Part shown: positions 19,338 to 29,412 of the stretch, in pieces | How the letters are laid out: every line of letters starts with the position of its first letter | Numbering within the stretch: the first letter of the stretch is position 1 | Assembly (NCBI GenBank): GCA_031409275.1 | Contig: JANNXA010000027.1 | Location: forward strand, 1-64,000 | DNA: 64,000 bases | Direction: 5' to 3' | From: Planctomycetota bacterium | Lineage (GTDB): Bacteria > Planctomycetota > B15-G4 > SIAN01 | Translations under genes and position numbers: made by a program | The notes under the pieces: model-generated | Database searches by the model: none | What the model saw: the letters and a program-made list of their open reading frames with translations, nothing else | Told to the model about the DNA's origin: nothing

Positions 19338-22300
19338 ATGCCGCTCCACACGCTCGCGTCGCTGATCTCACTGGCCGTCATCGCGTCGCCGCGCATCGGC
19401 GATGCGCCACCGACCATCCGCTACGACCGCGACATCCGTCCGCTGCTCTCCGATCGCTGCTTCACCTGCCACGGCCCCGACGACAAGAAGCGGCGCGCGA
19501 AGCTGCGCCTCGACGTGGCCGACAGCGCCTTCGCGCCGCGCGAGAGCGGCTTCGCGATCGTGCCCGGCGATCCCGATGCGAGCGAGCTCTACGGCCGGAT
19601 CACGAGCGACTCGCCCAAGCACGTGATGCCGCCGCCGAACAGCAACAAGAAACCGCTCGATGCCGCGGAGCAGGAGCTGTTGCGGCGCTGGATCGAGCAA
19701 GGCGCCGTCTACGAATCGCATTGGTCGTTCACGGCTCCGAAGCGTCCGCGCCTGCCAGCGGTCGCGCGCGGCGATGCGATCGTCAATCCGATCGACACGT
19801 TCGTCGTCGCCAGGCTGGAGGCGGAGGGCGTGGCACCCGGGCCGCGCGCCGATCGATCGGCGCAGTTGCGCCGCCTGTTCCTGGAGCTGACCGGGTTGCC
19901 GCCGACGCTCGAAGAGCAGGACGCCTTCCTCGCCGATGTCCGCCCCGATGCCTACGAGCGGCAGGTCGATCGCCTCTTCGCGCAGGAACCGTGGAAGAGC
20001 CGCTGCGCCGAGCGCCTGGCGACGCCGTGGCTCGACGCCGCTCGTTACGCCGACACCAGCGGCATCCACACCGACGCCGGCCGCCAGATCTGGCCGTGGC
20101 GCGATTGGCTGCTCACGGCGCTGCGCGACAACCTGCCCTTCGATCAGTTCCTCACCGAACAGCTCGCCGGTGACCTGCTGCCCGATGCGACGCTCGACCA
20201 GCGTGTCGCGAGCGGGTTCCACCGCAATCACGTGACCACCGACGAGGGGGGCGCGATCGCCGAGGAGTACCTCGTCGAGTACGCGGTCGATCGCACGGCG
20301 ACCACGGGCAGCGTCTTCCTCGCGCTGACGCTCGGCTGCGCGCGTTGCCACGACCACAAGTTCGATCCGATCACGCAGCGCGACTTCTACGGCCTCTACG
20401 CCTACTTCAACTCGATCGAGGAGCCGGGCCTCTATTCGCAGGAGTCCAATCCCAATCGCGCCTTCGAGCCCGCGATCTCGGTGCCGCGCGCGCCTGAGCT
20501 CGGGCAGATCGCTGCGCTCGATCGCGACCTCGAGCAGGCCAGCGCCGACCTCGACCGCGTCGATCCGCAGGAGCAGGCGCAAGAGGCGCAGTTCCTGGCC
20601 GATCTGCGCCAACGCTCCGAACTGCGGTGGGTCGACAGTCCGGTGGTGAACGCGCAAGCCGACGGCGGCGTCACGTTCACGGCGCAGGACGACGGTTCGT
20701 GGCGCGCCGGCGGGGCGAACCCGGCCACCACCGATTATCGATTCACGGTGCGCACCGACGCGGAGGGGTTGAACCTCCTTCGGCTCGACGTCCTCGCCGA
20801 TCCCGCGGACGGGGATCGGATCGGCCGCGCGCCGAACGGCAACGCCGTGCTGAGCGGCGTTTCGCTCGAGGCGGTTTCGCGTCGCGACCCGACGCAGCGC
20901 GTACCGGTGCGATTCACGTGGGCCTGGGCGGACGTCGAGCAGTCGAACGGCGACTATCGCGTGGTGAACGCGCTCGACGAGGATGCGCTCGGTTGGGCGC
21001 TCGGCGGCCATGAGCAGGCCGGTTCTCGCGTCGCGTTGCTGCACGCGGACCACTCCTTCGGATTCGCGGGCGGCAGCGATCTCGAGGTGACGCTGCAGTT
21101 CCGCTCGATCTATGCGCAGCACACGATCAAGCGCGTACGCCTCTCCTTTGGATCGATCGGCGCTGCCGGCCTGGGGCTGCTTCCGACGGCGGTCAGCGGC
21201 TGGTATCGCGCCGGACCGTTCGTCGGCGTCGGCACCGACGCGCTCTACGACAAGGCGTTCGGCCCCGAATCGGCGACTGCCGTCGATTTCACCCAGCCGG
21301 CGACCCCGGGAGGACCCGCGTGGGCCTTCGACGTGGAGGCGCTCGACGGACGGGTGAACGACCTGCCGGGCGGTACCGGAGCCACCTACGTCGCGCGTCG
21401 ACTGTTCGTGCCGAGCGACCGCTCGCTCGAGGCAAGCCTCGGCAGTGACGACTCGTTCCGCCTCTTCGTCGATGGTGCCGAGGTGGCGGGTCGCAACGTC
21501 GATCGCGGCGCCGCGCCCGATCAGGATCGAGCGACGCTCGCGCTGCGCGCGGGCATGCGCACCGTGATGATGAAGGTCGGCAACACCGGCGGCCCGGGCT
21601 CCTTCTATTGGCGCTCGTTGCCGCGCGAAGGCGAGCTTTCGGGCGACCTCGTCGCAGCGCTGCTGCCCGAGTCGTCGCGCCCGCCGGCGCTCGCCGCTCG
21701 GTTGCACGACGGCTGGAAGCGAGCCTTCGCGCCGGGCTTCCGCGAGCGCACTGAGCGGGTCGCGGCGCTGCGTCGTCAACGCGACGAACTCGTCGCGCGC
21801 GTGCCGCAGACGATGGTGATGAGCGAGCTGCCGATGCCGCGGCCCACCTACGTGCTGATGCGCGGCGAGTACGACAAGCCCGATCGCGACCAACCGATCA
21901 CGCGCGCGATCCCTGCCGCGCTCGGTGCGCTGCCGGCGGGAGCGCCCAACAACCGGCTCGGGCTGGCGAAGTGGCTGGTCAGCCCCGATCAGCCGTTGGT
22001 GGCGCGCGTCGCCGTCAATCGTTGGTGGGAGCTGCTCTTCGGAACCGGAATCGTCGCCACTAGCGAGGACTTCGGCTTCCAGGGCGAGTGGCCGAGCCAC
22101 CCGGAACTGCTCGACTGGCTTGCGGTCGAGCTGCGCGAAAGCGGCTGGAACGTCCAGCACCTGCTGAAGCTGATGGTGAACAGCGCGACCTTCCGCCAAT
22201 CGGCGCAGGCGCGACCGGAAGTGCGCGAACGCGATCCCGGCAACCGCTGGCTGGCATGGTTCCCGCGACGACGCCTCGGCGCCGAACAGCTGCGCGACCA

Positions 22301-22898
22301 GGCGCTCGCGGTCTCCGGCCTCCTCGTCGAGCAGTTCGGCGGGCCGTCCGTCAAACCCTACCAGCCGGACGGGCTGTGGAACGAAGTCGCGATGCCCGCC
22401 TCCAACACGCGCACGTTCGTGCAAGACACGGGCGATGCGTTGTGGCGTCGCAGCCTCTACACGTTCTGGAAGCGCGCCTGCCCGCCGCCGGCGCTCCAGA
22501 CCTTCGATGCGCCGACTCGCGAGTTCTGCACGATCCGACGCACGTCGACCAGCACCCCGCTGCAGGCGTTGGTGCTCTGGAACGACGAGCAGTTCGTCGA
22601 AGCGGCGCGCGTGCTGGCACAGCGGACGTTGAGCGAGGCGCGTGACGACCACGAGCGGGTGGCGCGGCTGCACCGCCGTTGTGTCGGCCGTCCACCGGAC
22701 GAGCGCGAGCGAGACCTGCTGCTCGCGGCGCTGGCGCAGTTCCGCGCGCGCTATCAAGCCGCTCCTGGCGATGCCGAGCAGCTCGTCGGGGTCGGAATGG
22801 CGCCGCGCGACGCGACGATCGCCGTGCCGGAGCTTGCCGCGTGGACGCTGCTCGCGAGCGCGGTCCTGCAACTCGATGCCACGATCGTGGGGAGCTGA
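19338..22898 (+). CDS. Planctomycete cytochrome c / DUF1549 (PSCyt2) / DUF1553 (PSD1) protein
   Basis: [66 protein letters not shown]. Confidence 0.93.
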   Translation: MPLHTLASLISLAVIASPRIGDAPPTIRYDRDIRPLLSDRCFTCHGPDDKKRRAKLRLDVADSAFAPRESGFAIVPGDPDASELYGRITSDSPKHVMPPPNSNKKPLDAAEQELLRRWIEQGAVYESHWSFTAPKRPRLPAVARGDAIVNPIDTFVVARLEAEGVAPGPRADRSAQLRRLFLELTGLPPTLEEQDAFLADVRPDAYERQVDRLFAQEPWKSRCAERLATPWLDAARYADTSGIHTDAGRQIWPWRDWLLTALRDNLPFDQFLTEQLAGDLLPDATLDQRVASGFHRNHVTTDEGGAIAEEYLVEYAVDRTATTGSVFLALTLGCARCHDHKFDPITQRDFYGLYAYFNSIEEPGLYSQESNPNRAFEPAISVPRAPELGQIAALDRDLEQASADLDRVDPQEQAQEAQFLADLRQRSELRWVDSPVVNAQADGGVTFTAQDDGSWRAGGANPATTDYRFTVRTDAEGLNLLRLDVLADPADGDRIGRAPNGNAVLSGVSLEAVSRRDPTQRVPVRFTWAWADVEQSNGDYRVVNALDEDALGWALGGHEQAGSRVALLHADHSFGFAGGSDLEVTLQFRSIYAQHTIKRVRLSFGSIGAAGLGLLPTAVSGWYRAGPFVGVGTDALYDKAFGPESATAVDFTQPATPGGPAWAFDVEALDGRVNDLPGGTGATYVARRLFVPSDRSLEASLGSDDSFRLFVDGAEVAGRNVDRGAAPDQDRATLALRAGMRTVMMKVGNTGGPGSFYWRSLPREGELSGDLVAALLPESSRPPALAARLHDGWKRAFAPGFRERTERVAALRRQRDELVARVPQTMVMSELPMPRPTYVLMRGEYDKPDRDQPITRAIPAALGALPAGAPNNRLGLAKWLVSPDQPLVARVAVNRWWELLFGTGIVATSEDFGFQGEWPSHPELLDWLAVELRESGWNVQHLLKLMVNSATFRQSAQARPEVRERDPGNRWLAWFPRRRLGAEQLRDQALAVSGLLVEQFGGPSVKPYQPDGLWNEVAMPASNTRTFVQDTGDALWRRSLYTFWKRACPPPALQTFDAPTREFCTIRRTSTSTPLQALVLWNDEQFVEAARVLAQRTLSEARDDHERVARLHRRCVGRPPDERERDLLLAALAQFRARYQAAPGDAEQLVGVGMAPRDATIAVPELAAWTLLASAVLQLDATIVGS

Positions 22899-22902
22899 AG
22901 CG

Positions 22903-24363
22903 ATGGATCCGATGCACGATCGCAACCTCTTCCTCACGCGCCGCCGCTTCTTCGCGCGCAGCGCCAAGACGCTTGGCGGAGCGCTCGGGGCCACTGCGCT
23001 CGCGCAGCTCCTCGGGGGACGGGCTGCCGCCGCCACCGGCGAGCGCGTGGGCCGCGGCCTGCCGCACTTTGCGCCCAAGGCGAAGCGGGTGATCTACCTG
23101 CACATGGAGGGAGCGCCGAGCCAGCTCGACCTGTTCGACTACAAGCCGGGGCTCGTCGATCGGTTCGATCAGGACCTGCCCGACTCGATCCGCATGGGAC
23201 AGCGCCTCACTGGCATGACCAGCGGGCAGACGCGTTTCCCGGTCGCGCCGTCGATGTTCCAGTTCACGCGCTACCCCAACCGCGCCGACGGGGCGTGGAT
23301 CAGCGAGCTGATGCCTCATCTCGGCACCGTGGCCGATCGCCTCTGCTTCATCCACTCGATGCGCACTGATGCCATCAACCACGAGCCGGCGATCACCTTC
23401 TTCCAGACGGGCCACCAGCAGCCGGGACGACCGAGTTTCGGTGCGTGGAGCAGCTACGGGCTCGGCTCCATGAACGACAACCTGCCGACCTTCGTGGTCC
23501 TCATCACGCAGGGCTTCGGGAACATGCAGGCGCTGTCGGCGCGTTTCTGGGGCAGCGGCTTCCTGCCGAGCGAACACCAGGGTTGCAAGTTGCGCAGCGG
23601 CGGCGACCCGGTGCTCTACCTCGGCGATCCGCCCGGCGTCTCACGCCGCGATCGTCGCGAAGTGCTCGATCTGGTGGGGGAGCTCAACGCCGGCGAGGCG
23701 GCGCGCACCTTCGATCCCGAGATCGAGACGCGCATCGTGCAGGCGGAGATGGCCTATCGAATGCAGATGTCGGTGCCGGAGCTCGTCGACCTCTCTGGCG
23801 AGGATGCCGCCACGCTCGAGCTCTACGGACCCGAGGTTGGAAAGCCCGGGACGTTCGCGGCCAACTGCCTCCTCGCGCGCCGACTCGCCGAGCGAGGCGT
23901 GCGTTTCATCCAGCTCTACATGCGCGGATGGGACCAGCACGGCAACCTGCCGGGCGAGATTCGCCTGCAGGCGAAGGCGGTCGATCAGCCGATCGCCGCG
24001 CTGCTGAAGGACCTCGAGCGGCGCGGGCTGCTCGACGAGACGTTGGTGATGTGGGCCGGCGAGTTCGGCCGCACGGTCTACAGCCAGGGGACCTTGGCGC
24101 GCGACAACTACGGCCGCGACCACCACCCACGCTGCTTCACCATCTGGCTCGCCGGCGGCGGCATTGCGCCCGGCATCACCTACGGCAAGACCGACGACTT
24201 CTCCTACAACATCCTCGAGAACCCAGTCGAGGTGAACGACCTCCACGCCACGCTGCTGCACCTGCTCGGCCTCGACCACGAGCGCCTGACCTACCGGCAC
24301 CAGGGGCGTGACTTCCGCCTCACCGACGTCGCCGGCCACGTCCTGCGCCCCTTGCTCGCCTGA
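22903..24363 (+). CDS. DUF1501 domain-containing protein (Tat signal)
   Basis: TRRRFF Tat motif; AKRVIYLHMEGAPSQLDLFDYKP, CLLARRLAERGVRF, GEFGRT, GRDHHP. Confidence 0.93.
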   Translation: MDPMHDRNLFLTRRRFFARSAKTLGGALGATALAQLLGGRAAAATGERVGRGLPHFAPKAKRVIYLHMEGAPSQLDLFDYKPGLVDRFDQDLPDSIRMGQRLTGMTSGQTRFPVAPSMFQFTRYPNRADGAWISELMPHLGTVADRLCFIHSMRTDAINHEPAITFFQTGHQQPGRPSFGAWSSYGLGSMNDNLPTFVVLITQGFGNMQALSARFWGSGFLPSEHQGCKLRSGGDPVLYLGDPPGVSRRDRREVLDLVGELNAGEAARTFDPEIETRIVQAEMAYRMQMSVPELVDLSGEDAATLELYGPEVGKPGTFAANCLLARRLAERGVRFIQLYMRGWDQHGNLPGEIRLQAKAVDQPIAALLKDLERRGLLDETLVMWAGEFGRTVYSQGTLARDNYGRDHHPRCFTIWLAGGGIAPGITYGKTDDFSYNILENPVEVNDLHATLLHLLGLDHERLTYRHQGRDFRLTDVAGHVLRPLLA

Positions 24364-24365
24364 CG

Positions 24366-24386
24366 GGTGGCGGGGATCTTTCCACC
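24366..24386 (+). repeat. REP-like repeat, outer left copy
   Basis: GGTGGCGGGGATCTTTCCACC; exact reverse complement of 25652-25672. Confidence 0.9.
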
Positions 24387-24411
24387 ACCGTTTCCGCACC
24401 TCGTTTGCGAA

Positions 24412-24436
24412 CAGGTGGCGGGGATCTTTCGCCCAC
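24412..24436 (+). repeat. REP-like repeat, inner left copy
   Basis: CAGGTGGCGGGGATCTTTCGCCCAC; 24/25 match to the reverse complement of 25591-25615. Confidence 0.9.
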
Positions 24437-24525
24437 GCCGGCGGTGGCGCGGTGGCGTCGGCGTGAGGTGAGTGGGTTTCGAGTCTGAACCAAGGTTCGC
24501 CGGCGCTTGGTGCGTGCCGCCTCGT

Positions 24526-25527
24526 TCAGCCGACGTGGCGATCCGCGTGCGTGACGGCGCGGTCGACTCGGTTCAGCTCGTGATCCAGCGCCGCCATCGC
24601 GGCCCGGGCGATCGATGCCACCGCTGCGGCGTAGCTCTCATCGACCCTCAGTCGGGCGCGGTGACGATTCGCCGCTCGATGCGCGCTCGTTGGAGGGATG
24701 GAAACGAGCTCGGCGATCGCCTTCCAACGGAGCGCGCATAGCTCCCGAAGGAGTCCGCAGCGGAGCTCGATCGCGGTTCTGTGATCCTTCGTGGCGGCAA
24801 GGCGATGTCGGAGGTTCGAGCGCGCTGCGACGTCGAGCGCTCGCTCGAGTGCTCGCGGCGTCGTCGCTGGCAGTAGGGGCGTCGAGCCGTCGGCGATCCG
24901 TGCTCGGCGTCGCATCCAGGCGGCGAGCGCCGGCGCCGATGCCGCCGCCAGTTCGCGCCACGGGTCGATGCCGCTCCTTGCCGAGCGATTCGCGCGCTGC
25001 TCGACCATCCATCTGGCGTCGTGGAGCTCGGCCGCGGAAGGCGCTCGAAAGGCGTGCGGCGGGCTCGCGAGCCATCGGCAGGCGCGTCGACGGGATCTCA
25101 CGTGCGAGCTGCACCAAGGGTGGTCGACCGGACGTGCGACCATCCCCGCGGCGACGGCGTTGTCGGCGATGTAGAGGCGAACCGCCCGCTCGTACTCGGG
25201 GTGATCGACGCGCCGCGAAGTGAACCGCCCGCGAAACAGCGATCCGTCGCGATCCCTGCTGCGGTTGAACCACCGAACGTAGGCGTGCTCGATCCGGCCA
25301 ATGGTCCTCGACAAGTCACCGCGCACGCTGCGCACCAGCAAGTGGAAGTGCGTCGACAGCAATGTGAACTCGTGCAGTTCGATCGCGCCACGGCGCACCG
25401 CGCGGGCGACGAGTGCGAGGAAGCAGCGCTTGTCGTGCGCCGATTCGAACACGGTGCGCCGCGCCAAGCCACGGTTGATGACGTGGTGTAGCGCCCCGAA
25501 GTCGTCACGCCGCTCGGCTCGTGGCAA
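24526..25527 (-). CDS. REP-associated tyrosine (Y1/HUH) transposase with C-terminal HTH-like extension
   Basis: GGAGG then TTG start (MPRAERR); LHHVINRG, THFHLL (HUH), YVRWFN, GSLFRGRF, LYIADN (catalytic Tyr), PWCS. Confidence 0.88.
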   Translation of the reverse strand: MPRAERRDDFGALHHVINRGLARRTVFESAHDKRCFLALVARAVRRGAIELHEFTLLSTHFHLLVRSVRGDLSRTIGRIEHAYVRWFNRSRDRDGSLFRGRFTSRRVDHPEYERAVRLYIADNAVAAGMVARPVDHPWCSSHVRSRRRACRWLASPPHAFRAPSAAELHDARWMVEQRANRSARSGIDPWRELAAASAPALAAWMRRRARIADGSTPLLPATTPRALERALDVAARSNLRHRLAATKDHRTAIELRCGLLRELCALRWKAIAELVSIPPTSAHRAANRHRARLRVDESYAAAVASIARAAMAALDHELNRVDRAVTHADRHVG

Positions 25528-25590
25528 GGCACACCTCCGGTCGAGAGGACGCTCGGCGCTGCGTCGCGGTGACAGCCGCGTGCGGAAGTC

Positions 25591-25615
25591 GTGGGAGAAA
25601 GATCCCCGCCACCTG
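25591..25615 (-). repeat. REP-like repeat, inner right copy
   Basis: GTGGGAGAAAGATCCCCGCCACCTG on the + strand. Confidence 0.9.
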
Positions 25616-25651
25616 ATGTGCAGCCGGGACGACGCTGGCGTCGGGCTCGGC

Positions 25652-25672
25652 GGTGGAAAGATCCCCGCCACC
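25652..25672 (-). repeat. REP-like repeat, outer right copy
   Basis: GGTGGAAAGATCCCCGCCACC on the + strand. Confidence 0.9.
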
Positions 25673-25715
25673 GCGTTCGCCACCGCGTTCGCGCCGCCAC
25701 GTTGGCGCCGCGGTT

Positions 25716-26720
25716 TCAGCGGAGCGCGCGGGCGACGGCGGTCGTTTCGCGGGCGAGCTGCGCGAACTCGGCTGGCAGGAGTGCCTGGTGGCCGTCGCAG
25801 AGGGCCTCTTCGGGCTTGATGTGCACTTCGACGAGGAGACCGTCAGCGCCGGCGGCGATGGCGGCGAGCGCGAGCGGCGCGACGTAGCGACGATGACCGG
25901 TGGAGTGGCTGGGGTCGAAGAGGATCGGCAGGTGGGAGAGGTGCTTCACGACCGGAATGGCGGCGAGGTCGGGCGTGTTGCGCGTGGCGGTCTCGAAGGT
26001 GCGAATGCCTCGCTCGCAGAGGACGACACGTTCGTTGCCGCGTGCGAGGATGTACTCCGCGGCCAGCAGCAGCTCTTCGATGGTCGCCATCATCCCGCGC
26101 TTCAGCAGCACGGGCTTGCCCGCGCGCCCGACTTCATCGAGCAGCGGGAAGTTCTGCATGTTGCGCGCGCCGATCTGCAGCACGTCGGCGTACTGGACGA
26201 AGAGGTCGAGATCGCCGGGCGCGAGGATCTCGGTCACGACCGGCAGTCCGGTGCGATCGCTGACGTCGCGCAGCATCTTGAGCCCCTCCGCCCCGAGCCC
26301 GCGGAAGGCGTAGGGTGAGGTGCGCGGCTTGAACGCGCCGCCGCGCAGAAGGTGGGCGCCGCCCGCCTTGACGGCCACGGCGATGGCCATCAGCTGGGCG
26401 TGCGACTCGACGGCGCAGGGGCCGGCGATCAGCACTGGAGCCGGGCCGCCGATGGCGACCCCGCCGACCTCCACCACGGTCGAGGTGCGGCGGAATTCGC
26501 GGCTCGCGAGCGCGTAAGGCGGCGCGACATCGACCACGCGCTCGATGCCGGGCAGCGCGATCAGTGCATCCTTCAGGCGTGCGGCATCGCGACCGATCAC
26601 GCCGAGGACGGCACGGCCGTCGTCGCGCGATTCGTGCACTTCGAGACCGGCCGCCTCGGCACGCGCGACCACTTCGGCGATTTCGGCGCGATTCGCGCCT
26701 GGCTGCATCACCACGATCAT
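25716..26720 (-). CDS. aroF: 3-deoxy-7-phosphoheptulonate (DAHP) synthase, class I-beta with N-terminal regulatory domain
   Basis: IAGPCAVES, RGGAFKPRTSPY, QIGARNMQNF, LLKRG, LCERGIRTFE, DPSH. Confidence 0.95.
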   Translation of the reverse strand: MIVVMQPGANRAEIAEVVARAEAAGLEVHESRDDGRAVLGVIGRDAARLKDALIALPGIERVVDVAPPYALASREFRRTSTVVEVGGVAIGGPAPVLIAGPCAVESHAQLMAIAVAVKAGGAHLLRGGAFKPRTSPYAFRGLGAEGLKMLRDVSDRTGLPVVTEILAPGDLDLFVQYADVLQIGARNMQNFPLLDEVGRAGKPVLLKRGMMATIEELLLAAEYILARGNERVVLCERGIRTFETATRNTPDLAAIPVVKHLSHLPILFDPSHSTGHRRYVAPLALAAIAAGADGLLVEVHIKPEEALCDGHQALLPAEFAQLARETTAVARALR

Positions 26721-26782
26721 GGGGTGGCAGAGGTTAGCGATGCGCCCTCGAGCGCGTCTCGTCGCTCGCGCCGGCGCCCGGT

Positions 26783-29326
26783 TCAAATCCGGAACGTGCC
26801 GACGAGCTCTTCGAGTTCGCCCGCCATGTGCGTCAGGGCTTCGGCCGCTTGCAAGGTGTCGCCGGCGTCGGTCGTGGTCGTGCCGGCCGCCTTGGCCACG
26901 GTCGCGATGCTCTCGGTGATGGCCTCGGTGCTCTCGGCCGCCTGGGTCGCGCTGCGCGCGATCTCCTTGGTGGTCGCCGACTGCTCCTCGACCGCTCCGG
27001 CGATGGACTGCTGCAGCTCGTGGATGCGGCGGATCACTCCCGTGATCTGCTCGATCTCGCGGACGGAGCTTTGCACTCCTGCCTGGATCGTCTCGATCCG
27101 GTGAGCGATGTCGTTCGTGGCCTGGCCAGTGGCTTTGGCGAGCTGCTTCACCTCGTGCGCCACGACCGCGAACCCCTTGCCGGCGGAACCGGCACGCGCC
27201 GCTTCGATGGTGGCGTTCAGCGCCAGCAGGTTGGTCTGTTCTGCGATGGAGGAGATCAAGGTGACCACCTGGCCGATCGCAACGCTGCCCGCGGAGAGCC
27301 GGGCGATGGTGGCGTTGATGGCGTCGGCGTTGCGGACGGCCTCGGCCGCGATCTGCGCCGCCTCAGCGGCATTGCGCGAGATCTCATGCACCGAGGCGCG
27401 CATCTGGTCGGAGCTGGTCGCCATGCTCTGCACGTTCTGGTTCACCGTCGTCGACGCATGCTGAGCCTGGTCGGCTTGCGTCGAGGTCTCCTTCGAGGCG
27501 CTGCCGAGACGGCGGCTCACCGTTCGCAGCTGCTCCGCGGCGGCGGCGACCCCCTGCGACGTCCGGGCGATCGAGCCGACGCTGACGCGCAGGTCTCGCA
27601 GCAAGCGTGACAGCCCGCTACCGACCTGCGCGATGGCGTCGCCCCCTTCGAGCGCGATCGACTGCGTGAGGTCGCCCTTCGCGGCCGAATCGACCACGGC
27701 GACGATCTGCTCGACCTTGCGTTGCAGCTCGCGGGCCTGTTCGCGTTCGCGTGTCGCGCTCTGCGCGACGCGCCGTTCGTTCTCGACCCGGTCGGTGACC
27801 AGGTCGAAGCTCACCATGCGGCCTTGCGGGCGGCCGTGGTGATCCTGGATTGGGCTCACGGTCACCGCGAGGTGCTGGTCCGCGAGCTCCATCTGCAGCG
27901 TGCGCGGCAGTTCCGCCACTGGCGCGGTGGCCGCTGCGCGGAACTCGGGATGGCCTCCGAAGAGCCGTTCGACGGGTGCGCCGACCTGCGCCTCCGGCGC
28001 CGTCGGCAGCGCTCCTGCGACGATTCGCAGCATGCGTTGCGCGGCCGGATTGAGGTAGCCGATGGCGCCCTCGTGGTCGGCGTAGATCATCCCGAGGGTC
28101 GCGTTGCTGGTCATCGCCATCACGCGCGCCATCTTCTGCTCGGCCAGGCGCTTCTCCGTCACGATCTCGAAGCTCACCATGCGGCCGAGCAGGACACCAT
28201 CGCGGCGGCGGATCGCGCTGACGGTCACCTCCGCCGCTTCGGGGCCGATCTCGATCGCTGCGCGCGTCGGCAACTGCGCGGGGTTGGTGGCAAGCGCGGC
28301 GGCGAACGCGGGTGCTTCGCCGAACATCGTGGCGACCGATTGACCCATCATCCGTTCGCGGCTCGGCAGGTAGCGTTCGAGGCGGCGTAGTGCCGTGCCG
28401 GCCGCGGGGTTCATCGCGCGCACGTGCCCTTCGACATCGACGTAGACCATCGCCGCCGGTGCGCTGGCCGTCATCGCGGTCAAGCGTTCGACCTCCTCGC
28501 GCTGGCGCGCCACGACGACCCAGTCGACGTGGTCGGCGAGGAACGCGTTGCGCATGCCGGCGAGCGCGAGGTCGAGGGCGCTTGCCATGCGGCGGAGCTC
28601 CTCGTCGATCGCCGCCGCGTACGCAAGGTCGGGTGCCGATAGCCTCCCCTGAGCGACGGCCTCGAGCGCGTGCATGGACGCCTCGATCGGGCGCACGATC
28701 GCGTCCGCGCTTCGCCGCGCGTACCGCCACAAGGAGGTCGTTCCGGCGATGACGAGGAGGCAAAGCAGCCACGAGGCGGAGGCGAACGCGCCGCGCGCGA
28801 CTTCCGACTGCGCCTCGGCGAGCGCCTCGATTCGTTCGCCGCACGCGCCGTTGGATTCTGCCAGCGCACGAAAGGCGACCTCGAACGTGGGCAGCTGGGC
28901 GCGAGCGACGTCACGATCGGCCACCGCGAGGTCGCCGATCGACGCGCAGCGATCGAGGTAGGCCTCGAGGGCGGGCTTCACCAGCGCGAGCGCCGCCTCG
29001 ATCTCCGCGCCGAGCGGGCGGGCGGCCACTTCGCCGAAATGGGCGCGCAGTTCGGCGGCGTCCTCGTCGATCGCGCGGCGCGTTTCGCGGCGTTGCGCGG
29101 CATCTTCGCAGACGATCAAGGCGAGGACGTCGGCTCGCAACGTGCCGTGGTACATGTCCATCAACGCGTGGTGGCGCGATGCCGAGCCGACGTCGATGGC
29201 GCGATCGAGCGCTCGATGGTTGCGGTCGAGGGCGACGATGCCGGCGGCTCCGCATGCGAGCGCGAGCGCGATGCCGATCAGGCTCATTCGGTTCAGGCGG
29301 CTGCGGACGGTCCACTTTCCGGGCAC
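26783..29326 (-). CDS. Methyl-accepting chemotaxis protein with two PAS-like domains
   Basis: Two TMs; duplicated M(V/I)YxDxEG..xxNPAA PAS-like units; IAEQTNLLALNATIEAARAGSAGKGFAVVAHEVK. Confidence 0.93.
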   Translation of the reverse strand: MPGKWTVRSRLNRMSLIGIALALACGAAGIVALDRNHRALDRAIDVGSASRHHALMDMYHGTLRADVLALIVCEDAAQRRETRRAIDEDAAELRAHFGEVAARPLGAEIEAALALVKPALEAYLDRCASIGDLAVADRDVARAQLPTFEVAFRALAESNGACGERIEALAEAQSEVARGAFASASWLLCLLVIAGTTSLWRYARRSADAIVRPIEASMHALEAVAQGRLSAPDLAYAAAIDEELRRMASALDLALAGMRNAFLADHVDWVVVARQREEVERLTAMTASAPAAMVYVDVEGHVRAMNPAAGTALRRLERYLPSRERMMGQSVATMFGEAPAFAAALATNPAQLPTRAAIEIGPEAAEVTVSAIRRRDGVLLGRMVSFEIVTEKRLAEQKMARVMAMTSNATLGMIYADHEGAIGYLNPAAQRMLRIVAGALPTAPEAQVGAPVERLFGGHPEFRAAATAPVAELPRTLQMELADQHLAVTVSPIQDHHGRPQGRMVSFDLVTDRVENERRVAQSATREREQARELQRKVEQIVAVVDSAAKGDLTQSIALEGGDAIAQVGSGLSRLLRDLRVSVGSIARTSQGVAAAAEQLRTVSRRLGSASKETSTQADQAQHASTTVNQNVQSMATSSDQMRASVHEISRNAAEAAQIAAEAVRNADAINATIARLSAGSVAIGQVVTLISSIAEQTNLLALNATIEAARAGSAGKGFAVVAHEVKQLAKATGQATNDIAHRIETIQAGVQSSVREIEQITGVIRRIHELQQSIAGAVEEQSATTKEIARSATQAAESTEAITESIATVAKAAGTTTTDAGDTLQAAEALTHMAGELEELVGTFRI

Positions 29327-29412
29327 GGCGATCCTCCGACGGCGCCGCTCGGCGGACGAGCGCGCGTTACGTTGGATCGGCTGGCCGCGAGGTGGGGATC
29401 GACCTCATCCGC

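Larger units (their letters stand above)
24366..25672. mobile_element. Y1 (RAYT-like) HUH transposase locus bounded by two nested inverted-repeat pairs
   Basis: Core GGTGGCGGGGATCTTTC occurs twice on the left and its reverse complement twice on the right, flanking the transposase. Confidence 0.8.

Noticed and set aside
24366..24436. Repeat-spacer-repeat resembling a mini CRISPR array
   Set aside because: Only two copies per side, inverted across the transposase, with no cas genes; better explained as transposase-associated repeats.
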